From the NCBI GenBank assembly GCA_965215565.1, contig CBDCDZ010000004.1:2592001-2656000 (forward strand): a stretch of 64,000 nt of DNA, read 5' to 3'. Origin of the DNA: Trueperaceae bacterium (GTDB lineage Bacteria > Deinococcota > Deinococci > Deinococcales > Trueperaceae). The translations under genes were made by a program, and so were the position numbers. Positions 49,865-58,371 of the stretch are shown one piece after another (position 1 is the first letter of the stretch; the number at the start of each line of letters is the position of its first letter). The notes under the pieces were generated by a model that was not told where the DNA came from, did no database searches, and saw nothing but the letters and a program-made list of their open reading frames with translations.

Positions 49865-50200
49865 TAAAAACCTCCCTGCTAAACCTTGGTTTAACCGAAG
49901 CAGCATACCGCTAGCTGGACGCGCTCGTGAGGTTGCCTCGACCTTCTTTCACCTTCCCCAACCCGATTTGCTGTAGGTTGAGCGTGGGGTCAAGGGCGCT
50001 TGCAAACCTGCTTAAGGCAACCTTCCAAGACATCATCCTTTCCTTTGAAGCTGGCGCTACTGTTGGCGTTACGGTGTGAGCCTTTGCCGAGCGGCGCGGC
50101 TCAGCCGCGTTAGAGTGAGGGCTCAGGCGAACGCAGCCGACTCGAATTCGCAACCCAAACCACATTACGAGCAAACCGCATAGAAGCGGAAGAGGAGAGT

Positions 50201-51103
50201 ATGAACCAGGTTACGAGCACTACACCGACAGACGAAGCCGCTAAGGGCCGCCTCCCCGACTTCGTCATCTTGGGCGCGATGAAGTGCGGCACGACGAGCC
50301 TTCACGATTACTTGAACTATCACCCGGACATTGCGATGTCACAGCCCAAGGAGCTGAACTTTTTCGTCGAGCATCAGCGCTGGGAGCGGGGCTTAGTGTG
50401 GTACAAAAGTAACTTCACAGAACCAGATAAGGTCATGGGCGAGTCGTCGCCCAACTACACCCGTTACCCTTTCTTTCCGGGTGTCGCTGAAAAGATGCAC
50501 GCCGTTATGCCGGACGTCAAACTCATCTACTGCGTGCGCGATCCGGTCCGGCGCATGGTGTCGCATTACATCCACGACCACTCGATAGGTGAGCAGGACC
50601 GTCCCTTCGCCGAAGCCGCGCTCGACGAAGCGGAAGCGTACCTCTGGTGCAGCCGCTACTTCTATCAGCTAGAACATTACCTGAAGCTTTATCCGGCTTC
50701 GCAAATCAAGCTCGTCGTCCTAGAAGATATGAAGGAGAAGCCGCAGGAGACGCTCCGCGAGGTGTTCGAGTTTCTGGGCGTCGACGCGAGCTACCAAGAC
50801 GCGCGTTTTACGGAAAATTCGGGCACGATGCCGCCCGCTAAAACGCGGCGGCGCAACCCACTCAAAAGCTGGATGCGGCGCAACAACGTGCGGGGCATGT
50901 ATTGGCTCGAGCGCAACGTCCCCTGGGTCTTCGGCGCGCCGATCAAACAGCCTGAAATTGACGAGGCGCTCCACCAAAAACTGCGCGCGAAGTTGCAGGA
51001 GGACACGCGGGCGCTCCGGGACTTTAGCGGGCTCGAGCTGTCAGGGTGGCGAAGCGTCCCGCCGCAGAAGGGCACGTCGGAAGGGTCCGAACTCGCCGCC
51101 TGA
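50201..51103 (+). CDS. Sulfotransferase family protein
   Basis: GAMKCGTTSL (5' PSB), KELNFF, GESSPNY, RDPVRRMVSHY (3' PB). Confidence 0.9.
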   Translation: MNQVTSTTPTDEAAKGRLPDFVILGAMKCGTTSLHDYLNYHPDIAMSQPKELNFFVEHQRWERGLVWYKSNFTEPDKVMGESSPNYTRYPFFPGVAEKMHAVMPDVKLIYCVRDPVRRMVSHYIHDHSIGEQDRPFAEAALDEAEAYLWCSRYFYQLEHYLKLYPASQIKLVVLEDMKEKPQETLREVFEFLGVDASYQDARFTENSGTMPPAKTRRRNPLKSWMRRNNVRGMYWLERNVPWVFGAPIKQPEIDEALHQKLRAKLQEDTRALRDFSGLELSGWRSVPPQKGTSEGSELAA

Positions 51104-51143
51104 TGCGGCGACAGCGGGACCACGCGACTTAACTTCGTTCACT

Positions 51144-51185
51144 CTGACCAGATGATTGAGCGAAGCTATACGAAGTAACCTGCTA
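51144..51185 (-). mobile_element. Repeat A end (partial) carrying the same 21-nt insertion as the 7529 copy
   Basis: Reverse complement of 7529-7570. Confidence 0.8.
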
Positions 51186-51201
51186 TATTTAAGCGCGAGA
51201 A

Positions 51202-51546
51202 TTGGTGAAGCGGGGCGAACTTTGGTCGGCAGATTCACCTGATCCTGTCGGCTCCGAACCCGGCTACCGCCGCCCGGTGCTTATCGTTTCAGACGACGCT
51301 TTCAACGAGAGCGCCATCCGCACTGTTCTCGCCCTAAGTGTCACATCCAACCTAAAGCTGCGCCGCGCACCGGGCAACCTCTTTCTCGCCGCACCAGAAA
51401 CAGGGCTAAGCCGCGACTCCGTGCTCAACGTTTCGCAAATTATGACATTGGATAAAGCGTTTTTAGAAGAGCGCATCGGGAGGCTTGCAGAAGATTTACT
51501 CGACCATGTCGAGCGCGGGCTCAAACTCGTTCTCGGTTTAGCCTGA
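51202..51546 (+). CDS. PemK/MazF family endoribonuclease toxin (no intact upstream antitoxin)
   Basis: KRGELW, GSEPGYRRPVLIVS, TSNL, SQIMTLDK. Confidence 0.92.
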   Translation: MVKRGELWSADSPDPVGSEPGYRRPVLIVSDDAFNESAIRTVLALSVTSNLKLRRAPGNLFLAAPETGLSRDSVLNVSQIMTLDKAFLEERIGRLAEDLLDHVERGLKLVLGLA

Positions 51547-51570
51547 GCCTTTTCTACCTCTTGAAGTATC

Positions 51571-51681
51571 TAGCGGTTCCAAGACATACTGAGACAGATG
51601 AGCGCAGGCATCATCACCGAACGTGCGTGCTAGACGCCACTTCGAACAGTGAGGACGTTTCAAACCAGATGATACCTGCCA
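51571..51681 (-). mobile_element. Repeat family A full copy
   Basis: TAGCGGTTCCAAGACATACTGAGAC...CCAGATGATACCTGCCA. Confidence 0.85.
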
Positions 51682-51723
51682 ATCATAACGTCATGAGCAT
51701 CAAAGAACCGCAGAGCAGCCCCT

Positions 51724-52593
51724 ATGCCCGAAGCTGACACCGTCCACCCTGACGCGTCGCCCCTCACCGTCCACACGCTCGCAGAGCAACTGAGGGCGTG
51801 CGGTTTAGCGCCGGGGCAGACCGTCCTCGTTCACAGCGCGATGAGCAAGCTCGGTTGGGTTTGCGGCGGTCCGGTGGCGGTAATCGGGGCGCTTTTAGAG
51901 GCACTCGGTCCGACGGGCACGCTGATGATGCCCACGCACACGACGGGCAACACCGACCCCTCGAATTGGGAGAATCCGAGCGTGCCCGAAGCGTGGTGGG
52001 AGACGATTCGCGCCTCCATGCCCGCCTTCGACCCGCGCATCACCCCGACGCGGCAGATGGGGCGCATCGCGGAACTTTTCCGCACCTATCCAGGGGTTGT
52101 TCGGAGTGCGCATCCTATCGGCTCGTTCGCCGCGCTCGGACCCAACGCGGAGAAACTCACCGAGACGCACGCTTTAGAGGAGGAGTTCGGCGACGCTTCG
52201 CCGCTCGGCACGCTCTACGCGTTAGACGGTTATATCTTGCTGCTCGGGGTGGGACACGAGAACAACACCTCGCTCCATCTTGCCGAATACCGCACCGAGT
52301 TTCCCGGTAAGACGTTTGTAGAGGAGGGCGCGGCGATGCTTAAAGAGGGCGAGCGGCGCTGGGTCACGTTTCAGTCGTTGGACTGGGAACCGGACGACTT
52401 CGGGACGCTGGGCGACGCTTATGAGAAAGCGCACGAGATAAGGCGTCACCCCGTCGGACGCGCCGAAGCGCGCTTCATGAAGCAGCGTCCGCTCGTGGAC
52501 TGGGCGGTCAGGTGGATGGAGGAGAACCGGACGGACAGCGAGGTACCGGGAGGGGCTCGAGCAGCATTTCCGCCAGGACGAAAGCGTGATTGA
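51724..52593 (+). CDS. AAC(3)/YokD family N-acetyltransferase
   Basis: VHSAMSKLGWVCGG, MPT, RSAHP, NTSLHLAE. Confidence 0.88.
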   Translation: MPEADTVHPDASPLTVHTLAEQLRACGLAPGQTVLVHSAMSKLGWVCGGPVAVIGALLEALGPTGTLMMPTHTTGNTDPSNWENPSVPEAWWETIRASMPAFDPRITPTRQMGRIAELFRTYPGVVRSAHPIGSFAALGPNAEKLTETHALEEEFGDASPLGTLYALDGYILLLGVGHENNTSLHLAEYRTEFPGKTFVEEGAAMLKEGERRWVTFQSLDWEPDDFGTLGDAYEKAHEIRRHPVGRAEARFMKQRPLVDWAVRWMEENRTDSEVPGGARAAFPPGRKRD

Positions 52594-52788
52594 ACGGCTC
52601 TGAGCACTTTTCATGACGGGCTCGAGACCGCCCCTCTAGGCTCAAACTTTCATTAACATTCCTATCTTGCTTAGCACGCGCCAAACCAGGTATTATTGTG
52701 AAGTATCTAACGTTGTTGTCATTTAGGAAAGAGCGCACTGCTGCGCGACCTCATCAATTCGCATAACGCGAACCAGAAAAGGAGACTC

Positions 52789-53631
52789 ATGAAATCTGCT
52801 ATCACTTTACTCGCCGCACTCACGTTAGGTTTCAGCCTCTCTCTGGGTAGTGCACAGTCCACGGGCGGCGCAACAGGCGGGATGGACACGGGCGGAACCG
52901 CGCAGGGCGCGACGATGGACTTGGGCGGACAAACCATCATCGTCGGCTCGGACACGACGTATCCGCCTTTCGAGACCGTCAACGACGCGGGCGAGATTGT
53001 CGGCTTCGACGTAGACGTGGTGAACGCTGTCTGCGAGCGCGTCAACTGCCAGCCGGAGTTCCAGACCTACGCTTGGGACGGTCTCGTCGCGGCGATTGGC
53101 TCGGGCACCTTTCAAGACTTCGACATGATCGCTTCGGGCGTCACGATTACCGACGAGCGCGACCAGACGGCGGATTTTAGCGACCCCTACATCTTCGTGC
53201 AGCAAGCGATTGCGACGACCGTACAGAACGAGGGCTTGACTGCCGAAGACTTCACAGCGGAAGACAGCGACCTCTTGCTCGGCTCACAGCTCGGCACCAC
53301 GAACTACAACTTGGCGTTGGAACTCGTCGGCGAGGAGCGCACCGTCTCCTACGACGACTTCAACAGCGCGGTGCAAGCGCTTCTCCAGGGCGACGTGGAC
53401 GGCGTCATCTTAGACGACATCACCGCGGTTGAGTTCGAAGACCAGTACGCGGGCGACTTGGTTGTGAATATTCGTGGTCTTTCGGACGGTGAGCCTTTAG
53501 GCTTCGTCTTCGAAGAGGGTGACGAACTCATCGACGCCTTTAACGCCGGGCTCGACATGATTCAAGAAGACGGTACCTTAGACGAGCTTCGCGCTCAGTA
53601 CAACCTCGGCGACAGCGAGATGAGCCAGTAA
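52789..53631 (+). CDS. Polar amino acid ABC transporter substrate-binding protein
   Basis: Signal peptide, YPPFE, GFDVD, ITDER, FSDPY. Confidence 0.92.
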   Translation: MKSAITLLAALTLGFSLSLGSAQSTGGATGGMDTGGTAQGATMDLGGQTIIVGSDTTYPPFETVNDAGEIVGFDVDVVNAVCERVNCQPEFQTYAWDGLVAAIGSGTFQDFDMIASGVTITDERDQTADFSDPYIFVQQAIATTVQNEGLTAEDFTAEDSDLLLGSQLGTTNYNLALELVGEERTVSYDDFNSAVQALLQGDVDGVILDDITAVEFEDQYAGDLVVNIRGLSDGEPLGFVFEEGDELIDAFNAGLDMIQEDGTLDELRAQYNLGDSEMSQ

Positions 53632-53647
53632 AGCCTCGAGCACTCTG

Positions 53648-53684
53648 AAAACGTCCTACCGCAAAAGTAGGACGTTTTCTTTTT
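53648..53684 (+). terminator. Intrinsic terminator
   Basis: AAAACGTCCTAC/GTAGGACGTTTT stem plus T-tract. Confidence 0.75.
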
Positions 53685-53700
53685 AGCGGTACACTCTTCT

Positions 53701-54951
53701 ATGTCAACCTCTAAGTCGGATAACACCAACGATGTCACAAACGATACTGCAGTGGGGGTGACGCGCCCCTACGGGAGGATGCTAGGACGTATTAAGCCGA
53801 GCTACCTCGTGTTGCTGGCGCTCCTCCCTCTATTTATCTACCTCTTTATCTTCAATCAAACTTATCAAGACGCCCTGCGCTTCATCCTGCCGGGCATTGC
53901 GATGACGGTTGCGCTGACGTTTACCTCCTACACGCTCGCATTTGTGTGGGGGTTGGTTCTAGCGGGCTTGCAATTTTTGGACAAAGGACCGCGCAGCACG
54001 CTCGTTTTCCTTATCGTCGGACTCTTTTTCGGCGCGGTAGCTACCGGGCTCTACCTCTTGCCGAAGCAGGGGTACGCGCTCATCGGCGAGGCGGAGGGTA
54101 CGGTTGCCATTATCAGCGGCACGCCCGACAACTTGAGCGACGCGGTGCGTGAAGGAACCTACGAAGAGGGCGCACCGGAGCGGCGCTTCCGAGCGGTGCC
54201 GACGGCTCAAGCAGCCCTCGACCGCATCGAATCAGGAACCTATACAGGTGCGCTCGTACCGCGCGAAGTGGTACCGGAAGGTGCGAACGTGCTCTGGGAA
54301 ACCTCGGTGCTGCCGACCTCGAGGCTCAACCTCATCGCCGTTTCGGGCGCGATAGGCGTCATCATCTCTCTGCTCGCTTTTGCAAGCTGGCAGAGCGGGG
54401 AACACCCTCTAGCCATCTTCGCCGAACTTTACATCGACATCGTGCGCGGCATTCCGATGATCGTGCTGATCGTCTTTATCGGGCTCGTACTGCCGGGTGA
54501 ACTGGGACGTTTAGGACTGCTCTTCGAACCCGAGAACCGCTTTTTACGCGACTTACAACGGGGTACGTTAGCCGTTGGCTTGGCGTACGCCGCATTTATG
54601 GCGGAGATTTTTCGCGCTGGGATTCAAGCCGTGCCGAAAGGTCAGCGGGAGGCGGCAAAGGCGCTCGGGCTCTCCGGCTGGCAGGTCTCTCGCTTCGTCG
54701 TCTTGCCGCAAGCGCTTAAAATCGTGATTCCGCCTTTAGGCAACGAGTTCATCGCCATGTTCAAGGATACGGCGCTCGTCTCGGTCATCGGTACGGGTGA
54801 TATTTTCAGGCTTGCCAGGGAGTTTGCGGCGGCGCGGCTCAATAACATTCCGCCCTTCAACACGGCTGCTGTGATTTACATCGCGCTGACGGTTGGAGCC
54901 TCGAGCATCTTGCGGTGGCTCGAGCGGCGTACGGATACCGAGAGCCGCTAA
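53701..54951 (+). CDS. Amino acid ABC transporter permease with large insertion
   Basis: YIDIVRGIP, AEIFRAGIQAVPKGQREAA, KDTAL; 416 aa. Confidence 0.9.
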   Translation: MSTSKSDNTNDVTNDTAVGVTRPYGRMLGRIKPSYLVLLALLPLFIYLFIFNQTYQDALRFILPGIAMTVALTFTSYTLAFVWGLVLAGLQFLDKGPRSTLVFLIVGLFFGAVATGLYLLPKQGYALIGEAEGTVAIISGTPDNLSDAVREGTYEEGAPERRFRAVPTAQAALDRIESGTYTGALVPREVVPEGANVLWETSVLPTSRLNLIAVSGAIGVIISLLAFASWQSGEHPLAIFAELYIDIVRGIPMIVLIVFIGLVLPGELGRLGLLFEPENRFLRDLQRGTLAVGLAYAAFMAEIFRAGIQAVPKGQREAAKALGLSGWQVSRFVVLPQALKIVIPPLGNEFIAMFKDTALVSVIGTGDIFRLAREFAAARLNNIPPFNTAAVIYIALTVGASSILRWLERRTDTESR

Positions 54952-55015
54952 AGGTGTTCCGTCTTGTGTTCGTGCTGAACCGTTCCTCTCGCGAGCTTGC
55001 GTAGTCTCATACACA

Positions 55016-55157
55016 TAGCGTTTCCACGTTTCATTGCTGTAGCAATGAAACGTGCTTGTCGGATGCGTTCACGAAGTCGCCAGTGGGAGCGAAGTGACGC
55101 GCAAGCCTTGAAGAAATAAATGCAGGGCAGTTGGTGCAGCGAAGCGTGGAATTGCTA
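55016..55157. mobile_element. Repeat family B: TA-flanked MITE-like element with ~22-bp imperfect terminal inverted repeats
   Basis: TAGCGTTTCCACGTTTCATTGC ... GCAGCGAAGCGTGGAATTGCTA; left end also at 26246. Confidence 0.7.
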
Positions 55158-55180
55158 ACAAAACGTGATGCACCGCCGAA

Positions 55181-55582
55181 TTATCCAAAAGGCACGCCTG
55201 CCACCAGGATGAGGTTGCAGTACGGCGTGAATTCACCTGTGCGAACGACGGCTTTGGCCCGAGCCGATCTCTCTTTCAACTCTTCATGAGAGATGCGCTC
55301 TAAAGGGACCTCTTTCAACCACAACCGCTCCAACTCCGCCGCCGCATCCGGTGACACTTCGGGCTGTTCCGCGTTGGCGAGTCCTCTTTCGACGACGAGT
55401 TCCTCGAGGATGGTCTGAACAGTATCAGCAAACGAGGGAACGCCAGGTTTGAGCGCCAAGTCAATCACCGGAACGCCAGCGGGAACGGGCAAGCCCGCGT
55501 CCCCAATTACCAAGAGGTCGCCATGACCCAGCGAGGCGACGAGGCGCGAGAGTTCGCCGTGAAGGATACCCGTGCGTTTCAT
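55181..55582 (-). CDS. rbsD: D-ribose pyranase
   Basis: LGHGD, DAGLP, HEELK, RTGEFTPY. Confidence 0.95.
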   Translation of the reverse strand: MKRTGILHGELSRLVASLGHGDLLVIGDAGLPVPAGVPVIDLALKPGVPSFADTVQTILEELVVERGLANAEQPEVSPDAAAELERLWLKEVPLERISHEELKERSARAKAVVRTGEFTPYCNLILVAGVPFG

Positions 55583-55643
55583 ACGTCAAGTCATACGTCA
55601 AGAGGCTGAGTGGAGTGTCCACTCAGCCCAAGAGGTAAAGAGG

Positions 55644-56585
55644 TCAATTGCCGCCCGTCCCGCTACCACCTGTTCCGCTACCGGTCCCCGTTGCGCTGAT
55701 GCCCTCACACTCGGTATTGGTGACGAGTTCCAACTCCACCGCGATGCTCTCCGTCTCGCTCGGCACTTCGCCGCCCACCGCACGCTCCGCTGCGCCGATG
55801 GCCTCTTCTCCGAGTTGGTCCGGGCGCTGCGCAACGGTTGCGGCTAAGCGGCACTCCTGGACGGCTTGCCGCGCGTCGTCCGTACCGTCGAAACCGACGA
55901 CAAGCATGTCGCGTCCGCTCGGCTCGATCGCTTGAAGTGCGCCCAACGCCATCTCGTCGTTGTGGGCGAAGACCGCGCCGATGTCGGGTTGCGCGACGAG
56001 GATATTCTCCATGACCGACAAACCTTCAGCGCGGTTGAAGTTCGCGGTTTGGCTGGCGATGATGCTGGCGCTCGAGCACTCGTCACTCATGTACTCGTTG
56101 AAGCCTTGCCCGCGCTCCCTAGTCGCGCTCGCACCAGGGATACCTTCCAACTCCACGACATTGCCATCGCTGCCGAGCTGGTTACAGATAAACTCCGCTG
56201 CTAATTCTCCACCTGCGACGTTGTCTGAGGAAATAAAGTACGCTACGTCACCGCCGTTGATCGCTCTATCTACTGCGATGACAGGAATACCCGCGTCGTT
56301 TGCTGAGCGCACCGCAGGCACCACCGCGTCCGAATCCGTCGCGTTGATAATGAGCGCGTCCACGCCGCGCTGCACCAGGTCTTCGATGTCCGAAATCTGC
56401 GTGCTGACGCTATCTTGCGCGTCGGTGACGATGAGTTCATAGCCCGCCTCGTCCACCGCCGCCTGAGCGCCGTCGCGCAAGGTGACGAAGAAGGGGTTGT
56501 TCAGCGTCGAGAGCGATAAGCCGACGCTTTGGGCGCTCGTAAGCGTAAAGAGCGAGAGGACGAGCAGGGCAAAGAGGTTGCGCAT
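55644..56585 (-). CDS. rbsB: Ribose ABC transporter substrate-binding protein
   Basis: STLNNPFF, SDNVAGG, RERGQGF, FAHNDEMALG; start ATG 56585. Confidence 0.92.
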   Translation of the reverse strand: MRNLFALLVLSLFTLTSAQSVGLSLSTLNNPFFVTLRDGAQAAVDEAGYELIVTDAQDSVSTQISDIEDLVQRGVDALIINATDSDAVVPAVRSANDAGIPVIAVDRAINGGDVAYFISSDNVAGGELAAEFICNQLGSDGNVVELEGIPGASATRERGQGFNEYMSDECSSASIIASQTANFNRAEGLSVMENILVAQPDIGAVFAHNDEMALGALQAIEPSGRDMLVVGFDGTDDARQAVQECRLAATVAQRPDQLGEEAIGAAERAVGGEVPSETESIAVELELVTNTECEGISATGTGSGTGGSGTGGN

Positions 56586-56681
56586 AAGGTTCTCCTTTGA
56601 GTTGAGTTTTGATACGTCTAAACTAGTGTACCGTGCGAATTGGCGTTTGTCCAAAAACGTTTTTCAAGTTGGAGGACAACT

Positions 56682-57098
56682 TCAGGAAGCGGACGGCTGC
56701 TGTGCTAGCGCGGCTTGAAGCTCTGACACCAACACTTCATGCTCGTCACTGAGAAAGTCACCGAACACGCGGTGGACCTCGAGCAGCAACTTTAGCGCCT
56801 TCTCCTTTAGCGCAAGCGCCCTCGCCGCCTCGCCCTCCTGTTCGGAAAGCTGGTAGAGCAGTCTCGCGCTGATGTAGACCTTGTCAATGTCCAAAGTTCC
56901 GGTTGCCGCGTAGAGGTTGCGAAGCTGCTGCGGACCGAGCGCGATGAGGGTCTCTAAGCTGAGCCCGGTGAAGGTGAGGCTGAGTTCTTCTAAATCGTTG
57001 AACGTGACTTGCCCCCTGGCGCGTGCACCGAAGAGGAGTGCGGCGAGCATTTCTGAGAACTGCTTGATGGTCCGCATGATGTAGTCGGGCTGGTACAT
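56682..57098 (-). CDS. Hypothetical helical protein
   Basis: MYQPDYIMRTIKQF start, AAGGA RBS. Confidence 0.7.
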   Translation of the reverse strand: MYQPDYIMRTIKQFSEMLAALLFGARARGQVTFNDLEELSLTFTGLSLETLIALGPQQLRNLYAATGTLDIDKVYISARLLYQLSEQEGEAARALALKEKALKLLLEVHRVFGDFLSDEHEVLVSELQAALAQQPSAS

Positions 57099-57158
57099 GG
57101 CTTATCCTTAGTAGACGAGTTGTAGTTGTTTTTTTCAGTGTACACGGATAAGAGCATT

Positions 57159-57378
57159 TCAGCTAGTCAGCACAGGTGAAGGCTAAGCAGCGGGTGCAAC
57201 GGCAGGGCGCCCTGCCCGTAACGCGACCACGCCTAACGAGCCTTTGAGCTTTGCTCTAACCTGTGTCAGCTAGTCAGGAAAATCAAAAACCTGAAATCCA
57301 GTCGAGCTGGTGGCTTTAGCTTCCGTTTACGGAGTTTTCGCAAGCTGCGAAGGGAACGAACGGTGCTGACTAGCTGAC
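57159..57378. repeat. Composite heptamer (GCTAGTC/TCAGCTA) repeat with nested modules
   Basis: Contains modules shared with 15192-15236 and 45260-45282. Confidence 0.7.
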
Positions 57379-57402
57379 ATGCTTGTCTTGCTAACCAGTT
57401 CC

Positions 57403-58371
57403 TCAACTGCGGTTCGCCAAAATCCTATCAATGAGTAGCGCTAGCAAAATCACCCCTCCTTTCACAATCTGCTGGAAAAATGACTCGATATTCAGGAGGT
57501 TCATCCCGTTGTTGATGACGCCGATGATGAGCGCCCCGATGAGCGTGCCGAACACGCCGCCCCGTCCACCGAAGAGCGACGTGCCGCCCACGACCACCGC
57601 CGCAATCGCGTCGAGTTCGAACATCGTACCCGCGGTGGGTTGTGCGGAGTTGAGCCTTCCCGTCAGGACGAGTGCGGCGAGCGCCGAAGCGAAGCCCGTG
57701 TAAGCGTAGGTGAAGAGAAGCACGCGCCGCACCGGAATCCCGGAGAGCCGCGCCGCCTCTTCGTTGCCGCCGATGGCGTAAACTGAGCGCCCGAGCGCCG
57801 TGTACTGAAGCAAAACGTGCGTCACGAGGAGAAAGGCGAGCATGATCCAAATCGGCATCGGCACGCCCAAAAACGTCCCGTAGCCGAGCGTGCTGAAGAC
57901 TTCGGGCAGCCCGCTCACGGGGCGTCCGTCGGTCCAGGCAAGCGCCATCCCCCGGAAGATCGTGAGCCCCGCGAGCGTGACGATAAAGGGCGCGATGCCC
58001 GCGTACGCCACGAACGCACCGTTCGCCATCCCCAGAAGGACGCCGACGCCGAGCCCCGCTAAGATAACGAGCGGCACCGCCAAACCGCCGCCCTCACCGC
58101 TAGTGCCGCCGACCGCCAAGCTCGCGCTGAAGACGCCGACGAACGCTAAAAGCGAGCCCACCGAGAGGTCGATGCCGCGCCCGATAATGACCACCGTCAT
58201 ACCGAAGGCGATAATCGCGTTGATCGAAATCTGCCGCAGCACGTTGATGATGTTGGACATCGTGAGGAAACGGTCTGAGAGAAGCGACAGGACCACGACG
58301 AGTAGGATGAGGGCGAAAAGGAGCCCGAAGCGGGCTAAGATGTTGCGCCAATTAACGTGCGCCAGTGACAT
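57403..58371 (-). CDS. rbsC: Ribose ABC transporter permease
   Basis: GIDLSVG, FIVTL, GGNEEAARLSGI, ELDAIAAVVVGG; start ATG 58371. Confidence 0.92.
   Translation of the reverse strand: MSLAHVNWRNILARFGLLFALILLVVVLSLLSDRFLTMSNIINVLRQISINAIIAFGMTVVIIGRGIDLSVGSLLAFVGVFSASLAVGGTSGEGGGLAVPLVILAGLGVGVLLGMANGAFVAYAGIAPFIVTLAGLTIFRGMALAWTDGRPVSGLPEVFSTLGYGTFLGVPMPIWIMLAFLLVTHVLLQYTALGRSVYAIGGNEEAARLSGIPVRRVLLFTYAYTGFASALAALVLTGRLNSAQPTAGTMFELDAIAAVVVGGTSLFGGRGGVFGTLIGALIIGVINNGMNLLNIESFFQQIVKGGVILLALLIDRILANRS

Noticed and set aside
50070..50130. Nested hairpin (TGAGCC...GGCTCA with CGCGGC/GCCGCG) upstream of the sulfotransferase
   Set aside because: Single copy, no recognisable riboswitch motif or switch logic; plausible by chance at this GC content
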